Positions 34,339-34,464 of a stretch of 34,464 nt of DNA are shown here, in pieces. A model generated the notes under the pieces. It worked only from the letters and a program-made list of their open reading frames with translations, was not told the origin of the DNA and did not search any database. Location of the stretch: NCBI RefSeq assembly GCF_001194135.2, contig NC_069002.1:22766788-22801251 (forward strand), written 5' to 3'. Position numbers and translations under genes: made by a program. The first letter of the stretch is position 1; each line of letters begins with the position of its first letter. This stretch comes from Octopus bimaculoides. Its lineage: Eukaryota.

Positions 34339-34464
34339 TTCAGTAGTTTTATTTTTATAGCATGCTTTCACTTCACTACTGAGCGCAGCTCTGTGTGCCT
34401 TGGGTATGTGCTGTGGTTTGCTGTGATGCTCTTATTGTTACTGTATTGAAAGTGTTTTGCGTAG

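Overview
AT-rich, microsatellite-dense, repeat-rich metazoan genomic DNA with five N gaps. The repeat families look like an Octopus/cephalopod draft assembly (inference). No prokaryotic features, CRISPR arrays or rRNA/tRNA genes are supported, and most ORF-track entries are microsatellite or N artefacts. Supported content: (1) three phase-compatible + strand exons (19330-19407, 22010-22146, 23624-23758) encoding the N-terminal part of the phosphoinositide phosphatase SAC2/INPP5F; its first coding exon was not found. (2) A chain of small - strand exon candidates (about 13.1 kb down to 2.77 kb) encoding a protein I cannot identify, possibly overlapping or nested in INPP5F intron 1. (3) A near full-length, disabled RTE-clade LINE on the - strand (about 3365-7169) with APE and RT domains, a PHD-type finger inside ORF2, and a 3' UTR of tandem hairpins; older RTE fragments are also present. 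(4) A 5'-truncated Penelope-like element (RT plus GIY-YIG C-terminus) with direct/inverted terminal repeats and a hammerhead-like motif. (5) Three further hammerhead-like motifs, one downstream of a tRNA-type B box. (6) Many tRNA-derived SINEs, some sharing the RTE 3' tail, two TTAA piggyBac-type MITEs, Helitron-like non-autonomous elements, a palindromic 24-bp minisatellite and a fold-back repeat. I cannot claim a definitively new system; the best leads are the antisense gene and the B-box plus hammerhead element. All homology calls are from memory and need database confirmation.
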